Origin: Candidatus Oxydemutatoraceae bacterium
Lineage (GTDB): Bacteria; Pseudomonadota; Gammaproteobacteria; Poriferisulfidales; Oxydemutatoraceae
NCBI GenBank assembly: GCA_965219575.1
Contig: OZ244779.1
Location: 1 to 64,000 of the forward strand
Direction of reading: 5' to 3'
DNA length: 64,000 nt
Positions within the stretch are counted from its first letter, which is position 1. Every line of letters starts with the position of its first letter. The notes beneath the pieces were generated by a model, which saw nothing but the letters and a program-made list of their open reading frames with translations, was not told the DNA's origin and did not search any database. Made by a program: the position numbers and the translations under genes. Below are positions 32,822 to 43,124 of the stretch, one piece after another.

Positions 32822-35041
32822 TTATTGATCCGTTCTCTTGGCTTCCTTTCGTTGCGCTCTTCTTTCAGCTAAAAATCTAGCTCTTTTTTCTGCTTTTATG
32901 CGGGCTTTTAGTTGTGCTTCCTCTACTGCGTCCATAGCTTGGTATAATTTTTGCAGAATGCTATCTATCCTCTCTTTAGTTTGCCCACTACCCGGGAGAT
33001 TGCTAGCCTCTTCCAATATGGCAATCGCCTCTCTCGGGTTATCCCTACGAATCTCCGAGATCGCTTTAGTAAGTAGTACCGAGGCAGAGTTTGCGCGTGA
33101 AGTCGACCATGCTCCGACCAGCGAGTCGAACTCATCGGTTTTACCCAGTTCTAGATAAACACCCGACAATGCATTCAATACCTGACGCCGGTACGGATAA
33201 TCTTTACGTATTTCCTCGAATAGAGGAAGTGCTTTTTCGTACTCTTGATTTCTATAATAATAATTACCGATATAATACATAGTTCTTTTTCTTATCGGGA
33301 ATTCTTTATAAGATTCCTGCGCTGCTTCAAACGAGGTTTTATAATTACCGGCACTATAATTTGATACAGCCTTAAAGTACAAGTTATCGGACTTATACCA
33401 GATAATCTGGATGGCTAACATGGCAACGGTTACCACCGTCGCTGCGGTGGCACCGGCCATTTTCAAAGCGGGTGAAGGTAAAGCCAAACGATAAAATGTG
33501 CGTTCGCTTGCATCGGACGACTGCCAAACAGCACCGGCGAGTATGCCGACATAAAGCATGGCGATTGCTATAGTAATCGGTTGTTGCAACGGAAAACTGA
33601 CAAATGCATTTGCCGCAATACCTAGAATAGCTATAACGACGGTCATTACCATCACTTGATCTTCTTTTCGAAGTTCGCTTCTAAGTGAAAACACACGCAC
33701 GATGCCGATAAGTGCTGCAAATACCACCCACAACATCAGCAATAGCCCGACTAATCCTAGTTCACATATAAACTCTACATAATCGTTATGCGCATTAATG
33801 TGAAAGAGTGTCTCACCTCTTAATGCAGGGTCAACTGCGTAGGACTCTTGATATTTCGGATAATAAACCATCCAATTACCGATACCTACGCCTAGCAACC
33901 AATGATCTTTGAACATATTATAGGAATTTCTCCACATAATAAGGCGCTGATTCTTAGTTGCATCGTAACTTTTCTTGGCCGATTCAATTAACTTAGAGGC
34001 CGACTCGGCTTGTACTGCACCTCCACGAGGATTCGTGTCTCTATCAATTCCTCCGGTGTTTTTCTCTATAACGGGAACAGTGGAGACAAAAAATTGCGGC
34101 GTGGTATTAACCAATGCGACTGTTACCACGATAAATCCCGCTAAAGCCAATATTTTAGGAAGCCCCCAGTTGTATTTGTGAACCAAGCCGAACTTAAAAT
34201 AAACCAACAGTGGAACTAATATAGCCATTTCAACTATCCAAGAAAACCACGAACCGCGCGTACGACCGTAGAATAAAGCAGCCAGTGCGAGAGCAGAACC
34301 GAGAGCATAAAACCACGATGCTGCAGGCTTACGGCTGTTTATGAAAAGCCCCACACCCAATATCCAAGTCAGAATTAAAAATTCTCCATTCATATTTTTA
34401 TTACCGAATGTAGCTGCAGGCGAGGCATGCTGGGCAACCCAGTCTATAGAAAACAGATACTGTCCGACACCCAATAAAGCGATAAGCACTAAACTACAAA
34501 ACAGGCAAAATATCATCGGGAATATCGAGCGTCTATCGCGTAAACACATCAATGCCAAAAAGAAAATAATAAATCCTGCTCCCCAATCCAATACCTTAAC
34601 TATCGCTTCGTAAAAGTTATGCGCCCAAAACAAAGATAAAACCATCCACAAATAAAAAGCTAGGACGGGAAACAACAGCAACGGGACATGCGGGATCAGG
34701 ATGCCGTCACTTTTATTCTTATACACTAAAAACAAATAAACGGACAAAAATACCAAAGCACCCACCTGCAACATCGATGCCATATAAAGATCGGGATTAT
34801 AGCCGTACGGAGTTTGACCCAGAGGTGCAACGATGGCAACCAATGAAATGAAAACAGAAAGTGCCCATACATAAGATTGAGGTATCTCCGATATTATCTC
34901 TAACTGATTATGTCCCGAGATTGAATTCTCGGTTATGCCACCTGCCGACAAACTTGCTTTTTTATCGAGAGATTTTTGGCTTGTAGGTCTCGACGGGGCC
35001 TTAGTCGCCCCGGTTGCTTTTTTCTTTTTTCTAGTAGCCAT
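32822..35041 (-). CDS. O-antigen ligase (Wzy_C)-family membrane protein with C-terminal TPRs
   Basis: Many TM helices, ATFGNKN, TRGSW, R..MW, LGVGIGNW, NAHNDYVE..ELGLVG; TPR-like tail. Confidence 0.85.
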   Translation of the reverse strand: MATRKKKKATGATKAPSRPTSQKSLDKKASLSAGGITENSISGHNQLEIISEIPQSYVWALSVFISLVAIVAPLGQTPYGYNPDLYMASMLQVGALVFLSVYLFLVYKNKSDGILIPHVPLLLFPVLAFYLWMVLSLFWAHNFYEAIVKVLDWGAGFIIFFLALMCLRDRRSIFPMIFCLFCSLVLIALLGVGQYLFSIDWVAQHASPAATFGNKNMNGEFLILTWILGVGLFINSRKPAASWFYALGSALALAALFYGRTRGSWFSWIVEMAILVPLLVYFKFGLVHKYNWGLPKILALAGFIVVTVALVNTTPQFFVSTVPVIEKNTGGIDRDTNPRGGAVQAESASKLIESAKKSYDATKNQRLIMWRNSYNMFKDHWLLGVGIGNWMVYYPKYQESYAVDPALRGETLFHINAHNDYVEFICELGLVGLLLMLWVVFAALIGIVRVFSLRSELRKEDQVMVMTVVIAILGIAANAFVSFPLQQPITIAIAMLYVGILAGAVWQSSDASERTFYRLALPSPALKMAGATAATVVTVAMLAIQIIWYKSDNLYFKAVSNYSAGNYKTSFEAAQESYKEFPIRKRTMYYIGNYYYRNQEYEKALPLFEEIRKDYPYRRQVLNALSGVYLELGKTDEFDSLVGAWSTSRANSASVLLTKAISEIRRDNPREAIAILEEASNLPGSGQTKERIDSILQKLYQAMDAVEEAQLKARIKAEKRARFLAERRAQRKEAKRTDQ

Positions 35042-35189
35042 CCGATTATTTCAAAAAGTAAAAATTAAATGCCTATGATAACACGATATGATGTGGCATG
35101 GAGACAAATAACGCAATGATAGTGGCAGAAGTTAGAGAAGGAAAGTGATGACGCAGATTCTATATATTTATAAAAATCTTGCCGCCCGA

Positions 35190-35276
<87 letters not shown>

Positions 35277-35299
35277 GAAAAACCGTTGCAAAGTTTAAC

Positions 35300-36205
35300 T
35301 CACTTTATTTCGGTTGTTTTTTCCAATACTTCGTCCGTAAAACTTCCCACCACATTTATATCTATAGGGTCGGGCATAGCCTTCTCTAAGGCGGCGAATA
35401 CATTTACTCGGCTTTGCAAATCACCGAGATAGCTTTCGGATTGCACTCTTCCGCGACCTAATACCTGCTCTTGTATATTGATCAGTTCAGTCCCGAGATT
35501 CAAACCGTCTTGAACCCATGCTCTGATTGTATGGTCTTTGTCCGGATGTTTCTCTAGTGCCTCTTTATAAGCTCCGCTACCGGTGCCGTATTGGTTAAAA
35601 TTTTCCGTTGTGTCGAGGAATTTTGACTGCGAGATAGTATTTGCCATCTGCGCAATCTGTGCCGACTGCTTTTTCAAGTTTTCTAAAGACTCGGCAGGCA
35701 TTTTTTGTTTTTCTGCATCGGATAAACCATCAAAAGATACATTATGGGCAAGATTATGAATTGCGGTCGTGCCTCTGCGTATCGCTTTGTCACCCAAAGT
35801 AAAAAATGTAGCAACCTCGTCACTACTTTTCGAGTCGGCTAATCCCACAGCGGCATTCTCTCTAGCGGTTGACATCCCGGTTATGCATGCCGTTAATAAC
35901 ATGTTCGCTTTACCTTCGAGGACAACACCCGCATGAGCAGCAACATTACCGGACGACGATATTCGTTGATTACTGCGCGGTCGCCCTCCGAAACACGATC
36001 CCAATATTCTGAATAAACCGTTACGTTCGCTGCGTGTGGCAGTACGCGCCGCTCTACTGCGTATACTCATTCTCGGAATATTCGGGCTGAGGTTGGCCCT
36101 TATTCCACCGTCGTCGGGAACGGTTCTATTGTCGGGACTATTGCTGCCGGCAACTCGCTCGGCATTAGCTACTTGTTGGGGACGATTGGTTGAATTTACT
36201 ATCAT
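35300..36205 (-). CDS. Hypothetical protein, low-complexity N-terminus
   Basis: 301-aa ORF with AGGAGG RBS upstream; no recognised family. Confidence 0.7.
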   Translation of the reverse strand: MIVNSTNRPQQVANAERVAGSNSPDNRTVPDDGGIRANLSPNIPRMSIRSRAARTATRSERNGLFRILGSCFGGRPRSNQRISSSGNVAAHAGVVLEGKANMLLTACITGMSTARENAAVGLADSKSSDEVATFFTLGDKAIRRGTTAIHNLAHNVSFDGLSDAEKQKMPAESLENLKKQSAQIAQMANTISQSKFLDTTENFNQYGTGSGAYKEALEKHPDKDHTIRAWVQDGLNLGTELINIQEQVLGRGRVQSESYLGDLQSRVNVFAALEKAMPDPIDINVVGSFTDEVLEKTTEIK

Positions 36206-36451
36206 AGTAATACCCTCCTACTTTGTGTTTGCTATTCCCAAGCATTATACCATATCTGCAAACCAAACCGTGCCGATGGGTCTAATCTTTGTAGATTAAA
36301 TGTTGACAATGCTGTATACCGACAAGCCAAAACTCGGACAGGCATGTAGGCGGATGCGTATTTTAATGATGCCGACACAATGCCTAAGAACCGATTATAC
36401 GCTCGTATTGCGTTATAATGGGGTTGTCATGTTTACTTTCAGGTGGTCTTG

Positions 36452-36625
36452 ATGAAATATAAAAAATATATGTGCGTAGTGTGTGGCTGGGTTTACGATG
36501 AGGAATACGGCGTGCCGGAGGACGGCATAGAACCCGGAACACGCTGGGATGAAATTCCGTTGAATTGGACTTGCCCGGAATGTGGTGCGCGTAAATCGGA
36601 CTTTGAAATGGTTGAACTGGCTTAA
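36452..36625 (+). CDS. Rubredoxin
   Basis: CVVCGWVYD...PGT.W...WTCPECG. Confidence 0.95.
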   Translation: MKYKKYMCVVCGWVYDEEYGVPEDGIEPGTRWDEIPLNWTCPECGARKSDFEMVELA

Positions 36626-36628
36626 CCG

Positions 36629-37567
36629 ATGTCTATATTAGTTTGCGGTTCCGTTGCCTTCGACAACATCATGGTCTTTAAGGACCGCTTCAGAAATCAT
36701 ATCTTAGCCGATCAGTTGCACATCTTAAATGTTTCCTTTCTGGTTCCCGACATGCAACAACAATACGGCGGCTGCGCAGGAAATATTGCATATAATTTGT
36801 CCTTGCTCGGTTGCGAATCTTATGTGATGGCAACCGTAGGCAAGGATTTCGGAGATTACGATGAATGGATGGATCGTTGCGGTGTGAACCGAGACTACAT
36901 AAAAGTTATTTCGGAAAGCTATACCTCGCGAGCCTTTATCATCACCGATATGGACGACAATCAAATTACCGCATTTCATCCGGGAGCGATGGAGCAATGT
37001 CATATAAACCAAGTGCCTACCGGCGAGGGTATTATCTTGGGAATTATTTCACCCGACGGACGCGAAGGCATGCTTCAACATGCACAACAATTTAAGGAGG
37101 CGAACATCCCGTTTATTTTCGACCCCGGTCAAGGAACACCGATGTTTACGACGGAGGAGCTAGATCACTTTATAGACCAAGCCGATTGGCTGGCGTGCAA
37201 CGATTACGAAGCACAAATGATTTGCGAACGCACCAACAACTCGGTGGAACAGATTGCCGAGCGATTACGGGCTTTTATTGTCACTCAAGGCGATAAAGGC
37301 TCGATGATTTACACCAAGGAAAAGGTGTATACGATTCCCGCGATACCCGCCGGAAAACCTAAAGATCCTACGGGCTGTGGAGACGCTTATAGAGCGGGAT
37401 TACTATACGGCTTATCCAAAAATTTTGATTGGGAAACAACCGGGCGTATCGCATCACTACTGGGAGCTTATAAGGTTGAATATTCAGGCGGACAACAACA
37501 TACTTTTTCCAAAGCAGAATTCAGACAACGTTATGCGGAAGTTTATAGCGGTCATATCGTTTTGTAA
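36629..37567 (+). CDS. PfkB-family carbohydrate/nucleoside kinase
   Basis: GGCAGNIAY, FDPGQ, NDYE, DPTGCGDAYRAG. Confidence 0.92.
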   Translation: MSILVCGSVAFDNIMVFKDRFRNHILADQLHILNVSFLVPDMQQQYGGCAGNIAYNLSLLGCESYVMATVGKDFGDYDEWMDRCGVNRDYIKVISESYTSRAFIITDMDDNQITAFHPGAMEQCHINQVPTGEGIILGIISPDGREGMLQHAQQFKEANIPFIFDPGQGTPMFTTEELDHFIDQADWLACNDYEAQMICERTNNSVEQIAERLRAFIVTQGDKGSMIYTKEKVYTIPAIPAGKPKDPTGCGDAYRAGLLYGLSKNFDWETTGRIASLLGAYKVEYSGGQQHTFSKAEFRQRYAEVYSGHIVL

Positions 37568-37681
37568 ATGATGTCCCTCCCTTGAAGATTGGATCAAACC
37601 CTAACCACCCTAAAACGGAAGCAGTATAATATGATAAAGAACTGAACGATTAAAGTTTATTAAAAGGAGGATTTACGAACC

Positions 37682-39184
37682 ATGTCTATAAGTACCGAAT
37701 TTCATCAAGCAGTCATCTCTTTTACATATTACCTAGCCGCACTTCTGTTTATAGCATTTATTGCGTTCGCAATAATGATAGTCGTTATGTATATAGTCGA
37801 TGTCACTCAGTCGCAGCATACCATCAGAAGAAACTATCCGGTGATAGGACGATTTAGATATTTGTTCGAAAGATTGGGGGAATTTTTTAGACAATATTTC
37901 TTTGCACTGGACCGAGAAGAATTGCCCTTTAATAGAGCCCAGCGAAGTTGGGTTTATCGTGCAGCCAAGAACGAAGATACAACCGTTGGATTCGGATCCA
38001 CCAAAGACTTACGACCGGCCGGCAGTGTTCTTTTTGTTAACTGTCCCTACCCGACACTGGATCGGGATGCGGCCGAAACGAGTACCGTCACAATCGGACC
38101 GAATTGCCCGAACCCGTATAGCACTGCATCGCTGGTCAACATCTCGGGAATGAGCTATGGTGCGATTTCCAAACCAGCGGTACTTGCCTTATCCAAAGGA
38201 GCAAAAATGGCCGGATGTTGGATGAATACCGGAGAGGGCGGGCTCAGTCCTTATCATTTAGAAGGTGGTGCCGATATTGTTTTTCAAATCGGCACCGCTA
38301 AGAACGGTGTGAGAACACTCGACGGTCGGCTGGACGACAAGAAACTTGCCGAGGTCGCAGCGTACCCTCAAGTCAAAATGTTTGAACTCAAACTCAGTCA
38401 AGGTGCAAAACCCGGCAAAGGTGGAATTCTTCCGGCAACTAAGGTAACCGCCGAAATTGCCGAAATACGCGGTATAGAGCAAGGTAAAGATGCGATCAGC
38501 CCCAATCGTCATCCCGAGATAAACAATAATTCCGAACTACTGGATATGCTCAACCATATACGCACCGTAACCGCCAAACCCGTCGGATTTAAGGCAGTGC
38601 TAGGTGCTTACGGATGGCTTTCAACTCTATGCGAGGAAATTATCCAACGCGGCGTAGAATCGGCACCCGACTTTATTACCGTTGACAGTGCCGACGGCGG
38701 AACCGGTGCTGCCCCGATGCCGTTAATCGACGATATGGGCTTACCGCTTCGCGAAAGCCTTGCGATGCTCGTCGATACACTCGAAAAATATAATCTACGC
38801 GACCGAATCAAGGTGATTGCGTCGGGAAAATTGATTACCCCCGCCGATGTTGCTTGGGCATTATGTATCGGCGCGGACTTCGTTGTTTCGGCACGCGGTT
38901 TTATGTTCGCATTAGGGTGCATACAAGCACTGCAATGCAACAAAAATACCTGCCCTACCGGAATCACGACACACGACCTTAAGTACCAAAAGGGCTTGGT
39001 ACCGGAAGACAAAGCAACACGAGTGTTTAATTATGTCAAACGAATTAATTATGAAACCGGAGTCATCGCTCATTCCTGCGGTGTGTCAAACCCACGAGAA
39101 TTAAAACGTTTCCATGCTCGCGTCGTCATGCCGAACGGTTTATCCACCTCACTCAGCGAACTGTACCCGGCAATTAGTGGATGA
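37682..39184 (+). CDS. FMN-binding glutamate synthase family protein
   Basis: MSYGAIS, NTGEGG, ELKLSQGAKPGKGG, GCIQALQCNKNTCPTGITT. Confidence 0.92.
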   Translation: MSISTEFHQAVISFTYYLAALLFIAFIAFAIMIVVMYIVDVTQSQHTIRRNYPVIGRFRYLFERLGEFFRQYFFALDREELPFNRAQRSWVYRAAKNEDTTVGFGSTKDLRPAGSVLFVNCPYPTLDRDAAETSTVTIGPNCPNPYSTASLVNISGMSYGAISKPAVLALSKGAKMAGCWMNTGEGGLSPYHLEGGADIVFQIGTAKNGVRTLDGRLDDKKLAEVAAYPQVKMFELKLSQGAKPGKGGILPATKVTAEIAEIRGIEQGKDAISPNRHPEINNNSELLDMLNHIRTVTAKPVGFKAVLGAYGWLSTLCEEIIQRGVESAPDFITVDSADGGTGAAPMPLIDDMGLPLRESLAMLVDTLEKYNLRDRIKVIASGKLITPADVAWALCIGADFVVSARGFMFALGCIQALQCNKNTCPTGITTHDLKYQKGLVPEDKATRVFNYVKRINYETGVIAHSCGVSNPRELKRFHARVVMPNGLSTSLSELYPAISG

Positions 39185-39419
39185 ATACATTATCTGTGCA
39201 AGTACGGCACCGGTTATTCCCCTCCTCTGGAGGGGTGTTGGACGCAGCGTATCTGCACAAGGTGCAGTGCCGGTACATTCCCCTCCTTCGGAGGGGTGGC
39301 CTATGCATTTTGCAATGCATGCGATTAGCAATCATGTCGAGGTTCTGAACAAAGTCACGCCGATTGACCTACTGGTTCAATCGGCGGTTCTATTCAGCCT
39401 TACGGGGTGGTTGTGTAGT

Positions 39420-39711
39420 GGGGCTGTTGAAAAAGTATTTCATAGAGTGGTAGGGGCGGACTTGCATGTCCGCCCGTAACGTATCATGTTTGCACGATTA
39501 ACGCGTTCACCCATTAATATTATGGAAACCATTATTTGTTGGCGCAAGCGGTTGGTGTCGTGCAGAACGGTACTTAAGGGCAGACATCAAAATTGCCGAT
39601 TGACCTACCGGTTCAATCGGCGGCTTTATCCTGCCCCTACAGGTGGTTTGCAAATATTCACGGCGCAAAGCGGTTGCAATTTTGCAAACACAGTACTTTT
39701 TCAACAGCCCC
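39420..39711. mobile_element. MITE copy B, 5-bp TSD GTAGT
   Basis: GGGGCTGTTGAAAAA...TTTTTCAACAGCCCC; GTAGT at 39415-19 and 39712-16. Confidence 0.88.
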
Positions 39712-39807
39712 GTAGTATCTGCAACGGTTAATTCCCCTCCTACGCATGTCGGTATGTTCAGCTTATAGTACGGAGACTAGTATACATATAATAATCTATT
39801 TTTCAGG

Positions 39808-40355
39808 ATGCACGATTTATGTAAAAACCCGAGATTAATAGGGCAAGTTCTCTTTGTCGTTTTTCTACTCGTGGTCTTAGGCGCACAAGTTGTGTCGGCA
39901 CAGACAACCTTGCCAGATTGCACTAATTCCTTATTAGACTTGTCCGATTACAATAAAGATGATGGTGATCTTGTAGATCAAGCTGTGGATATTGACAAGG
40001 ACGGCGACGGTTTGATAGAAATCTGTGATTTGGAGGGACTGTACGCATCATAGGAAGTGACAGCGTAGGCAGTTTGGTTGGTTCCAATAGCGGTTCCAGC
40101 ACCAACAGCTATGCGACAGGTTTTGATGATGCCTTATTCGGTGCTTCTGCCGGTTCTCCCACCATCACGAACAGTTCAACGAAAACCGAAATGGAACTGC
40201 AAACACCGACAACGGCAACCGGGATATATAGCGACTGGAGTACCGAAGTATGGGATTTCGGCACTTCGAACGATCTCCCGACACTCAAAGATGTGCCGGA
40301 AATAGAACTTATCCGAATCCGAACCAAAGTGTTTTTAGAGGGTCCCCTCCAATAG
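39808..40355 (+). pseudogene. Collapsed relic of a GLUG-repeat surface protein, paralog of 50013..62429
   Basis: Signal peptide plus DIDKDGDGLIEICDLEGL, then a frameshift to VGSLVGSN..NSYATG, LQTPTTATGIYSDWSTEVWDFGT and terminal IRIRTKVFLEGPLQ. Confidence 0.85.
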
Positions 40356-40436
40356 CCTATCCTTTAATATCTATAGCGGTCAATTCCCCTCCTTCGGAGG
40401 GGTGGCAGGCGCAGCCTGACGGGGTGGTCGCGTCGT

Positions 40437-40734
40437 GGGGCTGTTGAAAAAATACCGTTTTGCACGATTGTAACCGCTTGCGCCATTAAATTTACGATAA
40501 CCACTGAGTTGTAGGGGCAGACTAACATGTCTGCCCTTCAGTACCGTTCTGTACAAACTCAACCGCTTGCGCCATTTGGTTTTGGTTTCCATAAATTGGA
40601 TGAATGAATGTATAAATCATGCCGGCCAACGCGTTACGGGCGGACATGCCAGTCCGCCCCTACGGGTGGTTTGCGAATATTCACGGCGCACAGCGGTTAG
40701 ATTTGTGCGATGTCCACACTTTTTCAACAGCCCC
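40437..40734. mobile_element. MITE copy C, 5-bp TSD GTCGT
   Basis: TIRs as in copy B; GTCGT at 40432-36 and 40735-39. Confidence 0.88.
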
Positions 40735-40823
40735 GTCGTGTCTGCATAAGTATAGTGTTGATACATTCCCTTCCACAGGAGAGGAATTGTACGTTTCTGC
40801 ACATTTCCGGTCACTCGGTGGTT

Positions 40824-42113
40824 CTATCTTAGAAACGCTTGTTCGGCGGCTTCCAGCGTTTGTTCTAAAACTTCCGCATCGTGTGCTATCGAAACGAAGC
40901 ATGCCTCGTAGGGCGACGGCGGCAAATAAACCCCGGCATCAAGCATGGCATGGAAAAAACGCTTAAACGACTCTCCGTTATCACCCGTTGCGCAATGACG
41001 GGCTTGGCTTAAATTTTCTACTTTTTGCGCCGCACCTAAGAAAAAGCCGAACATAGCCCCCATAGAGTCGCTATAACAGTCCAACCCTGCCTCGGCGGCG
41101 CAATCCGACAAACCTCGGCTCAATGCTTGTGTGGTTTGGGTTACACGCTCAAAGAGACCATCGCTACAAAGCAACTCCAGAGTCTTCAAGCCGGCAGCAA
41201 CAGACACCGGATTACCCGATAGAGTGCCGGCTTGATAAACCGAACCGAGCGGAGCAATATGCTCCATAATTTCTCCGACACCTCCGAAAGCACCTACCGG
41301 CATTCCGCCGCCTATAATTTTTCCTAATACGGTCAAATCGGGCTGAATTTGATAAACAGCCTGCGCACCCCCGATTGCAACCCTGAAGCCACTCATGACC
41401 TCGTCAAAAATCAGTAATGCGCCGTATTGATCACAACATCGACGCAGGGTCTTTAGAAACTCGGTATCCCCCGGCACGAAGTTCATATTGCCGGCAACAG
41501 GCTCGACGATAACAGCGGCAATTTGCTCGCCTATTTGTTCAAACACCGATTGCACCTGTTCCACATCGTTGTAGTTTATCGTCGTGGTCAACGATGCAAA
41601 TCCCACGGGTACCCCGGACGAGTTCGGAACACCTAAGGTCAAAGACCCCGAACCGGCACCGACCAGCATCGCATCGCTATGTCCGTGATAGCAACCGTCA
41701 AACTTGACGACCCGATCGCGCCCGGTATAACCACGTGCCAAGCGTACGGCACTCATCACAGCTTCGCTACCCGAATTAACCAAGCGTAGTAAATCCATAG
41801 AGGGAAAATGCGTTTTGATTTTTTCTGCCAGTCGGGTTTCAATTTCGGTCGAGGCACCGAAGCCTAAGCCGTTTGATGCCGCCCGTGTCACCGCCGCAAT
41901 TACTTCGGGATGGGCGTGTCCCATAATCATAGCCCCCCACGAACCCACATAATCTATATAACGATTACCGTCCTCGTCGTAGAGTCGCGCACCCTCGGCT
42001 TTTTTTATAAAAGGTGGCGTGCCGCCTACCGCTTTGAATGCCCTAACCGGAGAATTGACTCCTCCGGGAATAGACAAACAGGCGCGTCGATATAATGCTT
42101 CGGAGTGTTTCAT
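40824..42113 (-). CDS. hemL: Glutamate-1-semialdehyde 2,1-aminomutase
   Basis: PGGVNSPVRAF, GCYHGHSD, FDEVMSGFR, GKIIGGG, YQAGTLSGNP. Confidence 0.97.
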   Translation of the reverse strand: MKHSEALYRRACLSIPGGVNSPVRAFKAVGGTPPFIKKAEGARLYDEDGNRYIDYVGSWGAMIMGHAHPEVIAAVTRAASNGLGFGASTEIETRLAEKIKTHFPSMDLLRLVNSGSEAVMSAVRLARGYTGRDRVVKFDGCYHGHSDAMLVGAGSGSLTLGVPNSSGVPVGFASLTTTINYNDVEQVQSVFEQIGEQIAAVIVEPVAGNMNFVPGDTEFLKTLRRCCDQYGALLIFDEVMSGFRVAIGGAQAVYQIQPDLTVLGKIIGGGMPVGAFGGVGEIMEHIAPLGSVYQAGTLSGNPVSVAAGLKTLELLCSDGLFERVTQTTQALSRGLSDCAAEAGLDCYSDSMGAMFGFFLGAAQKVENLSQARHCATGDNGESFKRFFHAMLDAGVYLPPSPYEACFVSIAHDAEVLEQTLEAAEQAFLR

Positions 42114-42215
42114 TGAACCGTCAATTTTGGATAATCGTTATTTATTGAACGATTATTGTAATCTATAATTCGAAGTACCGATGCCAACTTATCACTATAA
42201 AAGGATTAAACAACG

Positions 42216-43007
42216 ATGCGCCTTCAAACACATAACACTTTAGCACCGCTGAGCCACAAAGATAAAAGCATAGTCTATATAGGAGTCATCGCCGTGATGC
42301 TGGTATCGTGGCTTTATCTGCTAAACATGGCAGAGCAACACAGCCGCATGGATATGTCCATGATGAGTATGCCGCAAAGCGATCTCGGGTACAGATCAAC
42401 CCTATACGATTTCTTGATTTTATTCCTAATGTGGTCGGTGATGATGACTGCGATGATGTTGCCCGGTATATTACCCGCGACGACGATATTCGCTGCATTT
42501 AATCAACGAAAAAAAGCACATGCAAAACCTTATGTGAGAACCTATATCTTTGTCATGGCTTATTTAAGTGCATGGATTGCATGTAGCGTATTGTTTGCCC
42601 TTACCCAGTCGAGTTTATCAACGGCGGGGGTGCTGGATAGTGCAATGAAAACGAACAACTCGCTATTGAGCGGTGGCATTTTGATACTCGCCGGTATTTA
42701 TCAGTGGACTCCGCTCAAAGAAGCCTGTCTTAGACAGTGCAGATCGCCGTTCGGCTTTTTTATAGCACGATGGCGCGAAGGGCATTGGGGGGCTATTTAT
42801 ATGGGGTGGCGTTATGGTTTGTTCTGCGTCGGTTGTTGCTGGGCATTGATGGCAATTATGTTTTCGGTAGGCGCAATGAATATCTTATGGATGGCTATAC
42901 TATCCCTATTCGTGTTGTGTGAAAAAATTTTTCCACAAAGCACATTGCTCCGAAATATTGCCGGTATTTTATTGGTGTGTTGGGGAGGTTATTTATTACT
43001 GGGCTGA
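42216..43007 (+). CDS. DUF2182 family metal-binding integral membrane protein
   Basis: MW..MM.AMMLP, YQWTPLKEACL..CRSP, GLFCVGCCWALM, GAMN..WM. Confidence 0.88.
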   Translation: MRLQTHNTLAPLSHKDKSIVYIGVIAVMLVSWLYLLNMAEQHSRMDMSMMSMPQSDLGYRSTLYDFLILFLMWSVMMTAMMLPGILPATTIFAAFNQRKKAHAKPYVRTYIFVMAYLSAWIACSVLFALTQSSLSTAGVLDSAMKTNNSLLSGGILILAGIYQWTPLKEACLRQCRSPFGFFIARWREGHWGAIYMGWRYGLFCVGCCWALMAIMFSVGAMNILWMAILSLFVLCEKIFPQSTLLRNIAGILLVCWGGYLLLG

Positions 43008-43124
43008 TACATAATCGGGTGGCGCATATAGGCCGGTGCGACACTGATGCCAACCCCGATCCATGCGTCATTTGATTAGGGTTTCGTGGTATAATCCGTG
43101 TTTCAAATTTGATGCGAGGGAATT

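Noticed and set aside
39114-40966. Short ORFs over repeat regions (also 27303, 44991, 49538-50056, 63614)
   Set aside because: They translate MITE or hairpin DNA (recurrent FSTAP/FFNS, LRLPP) and have no transposase motifs
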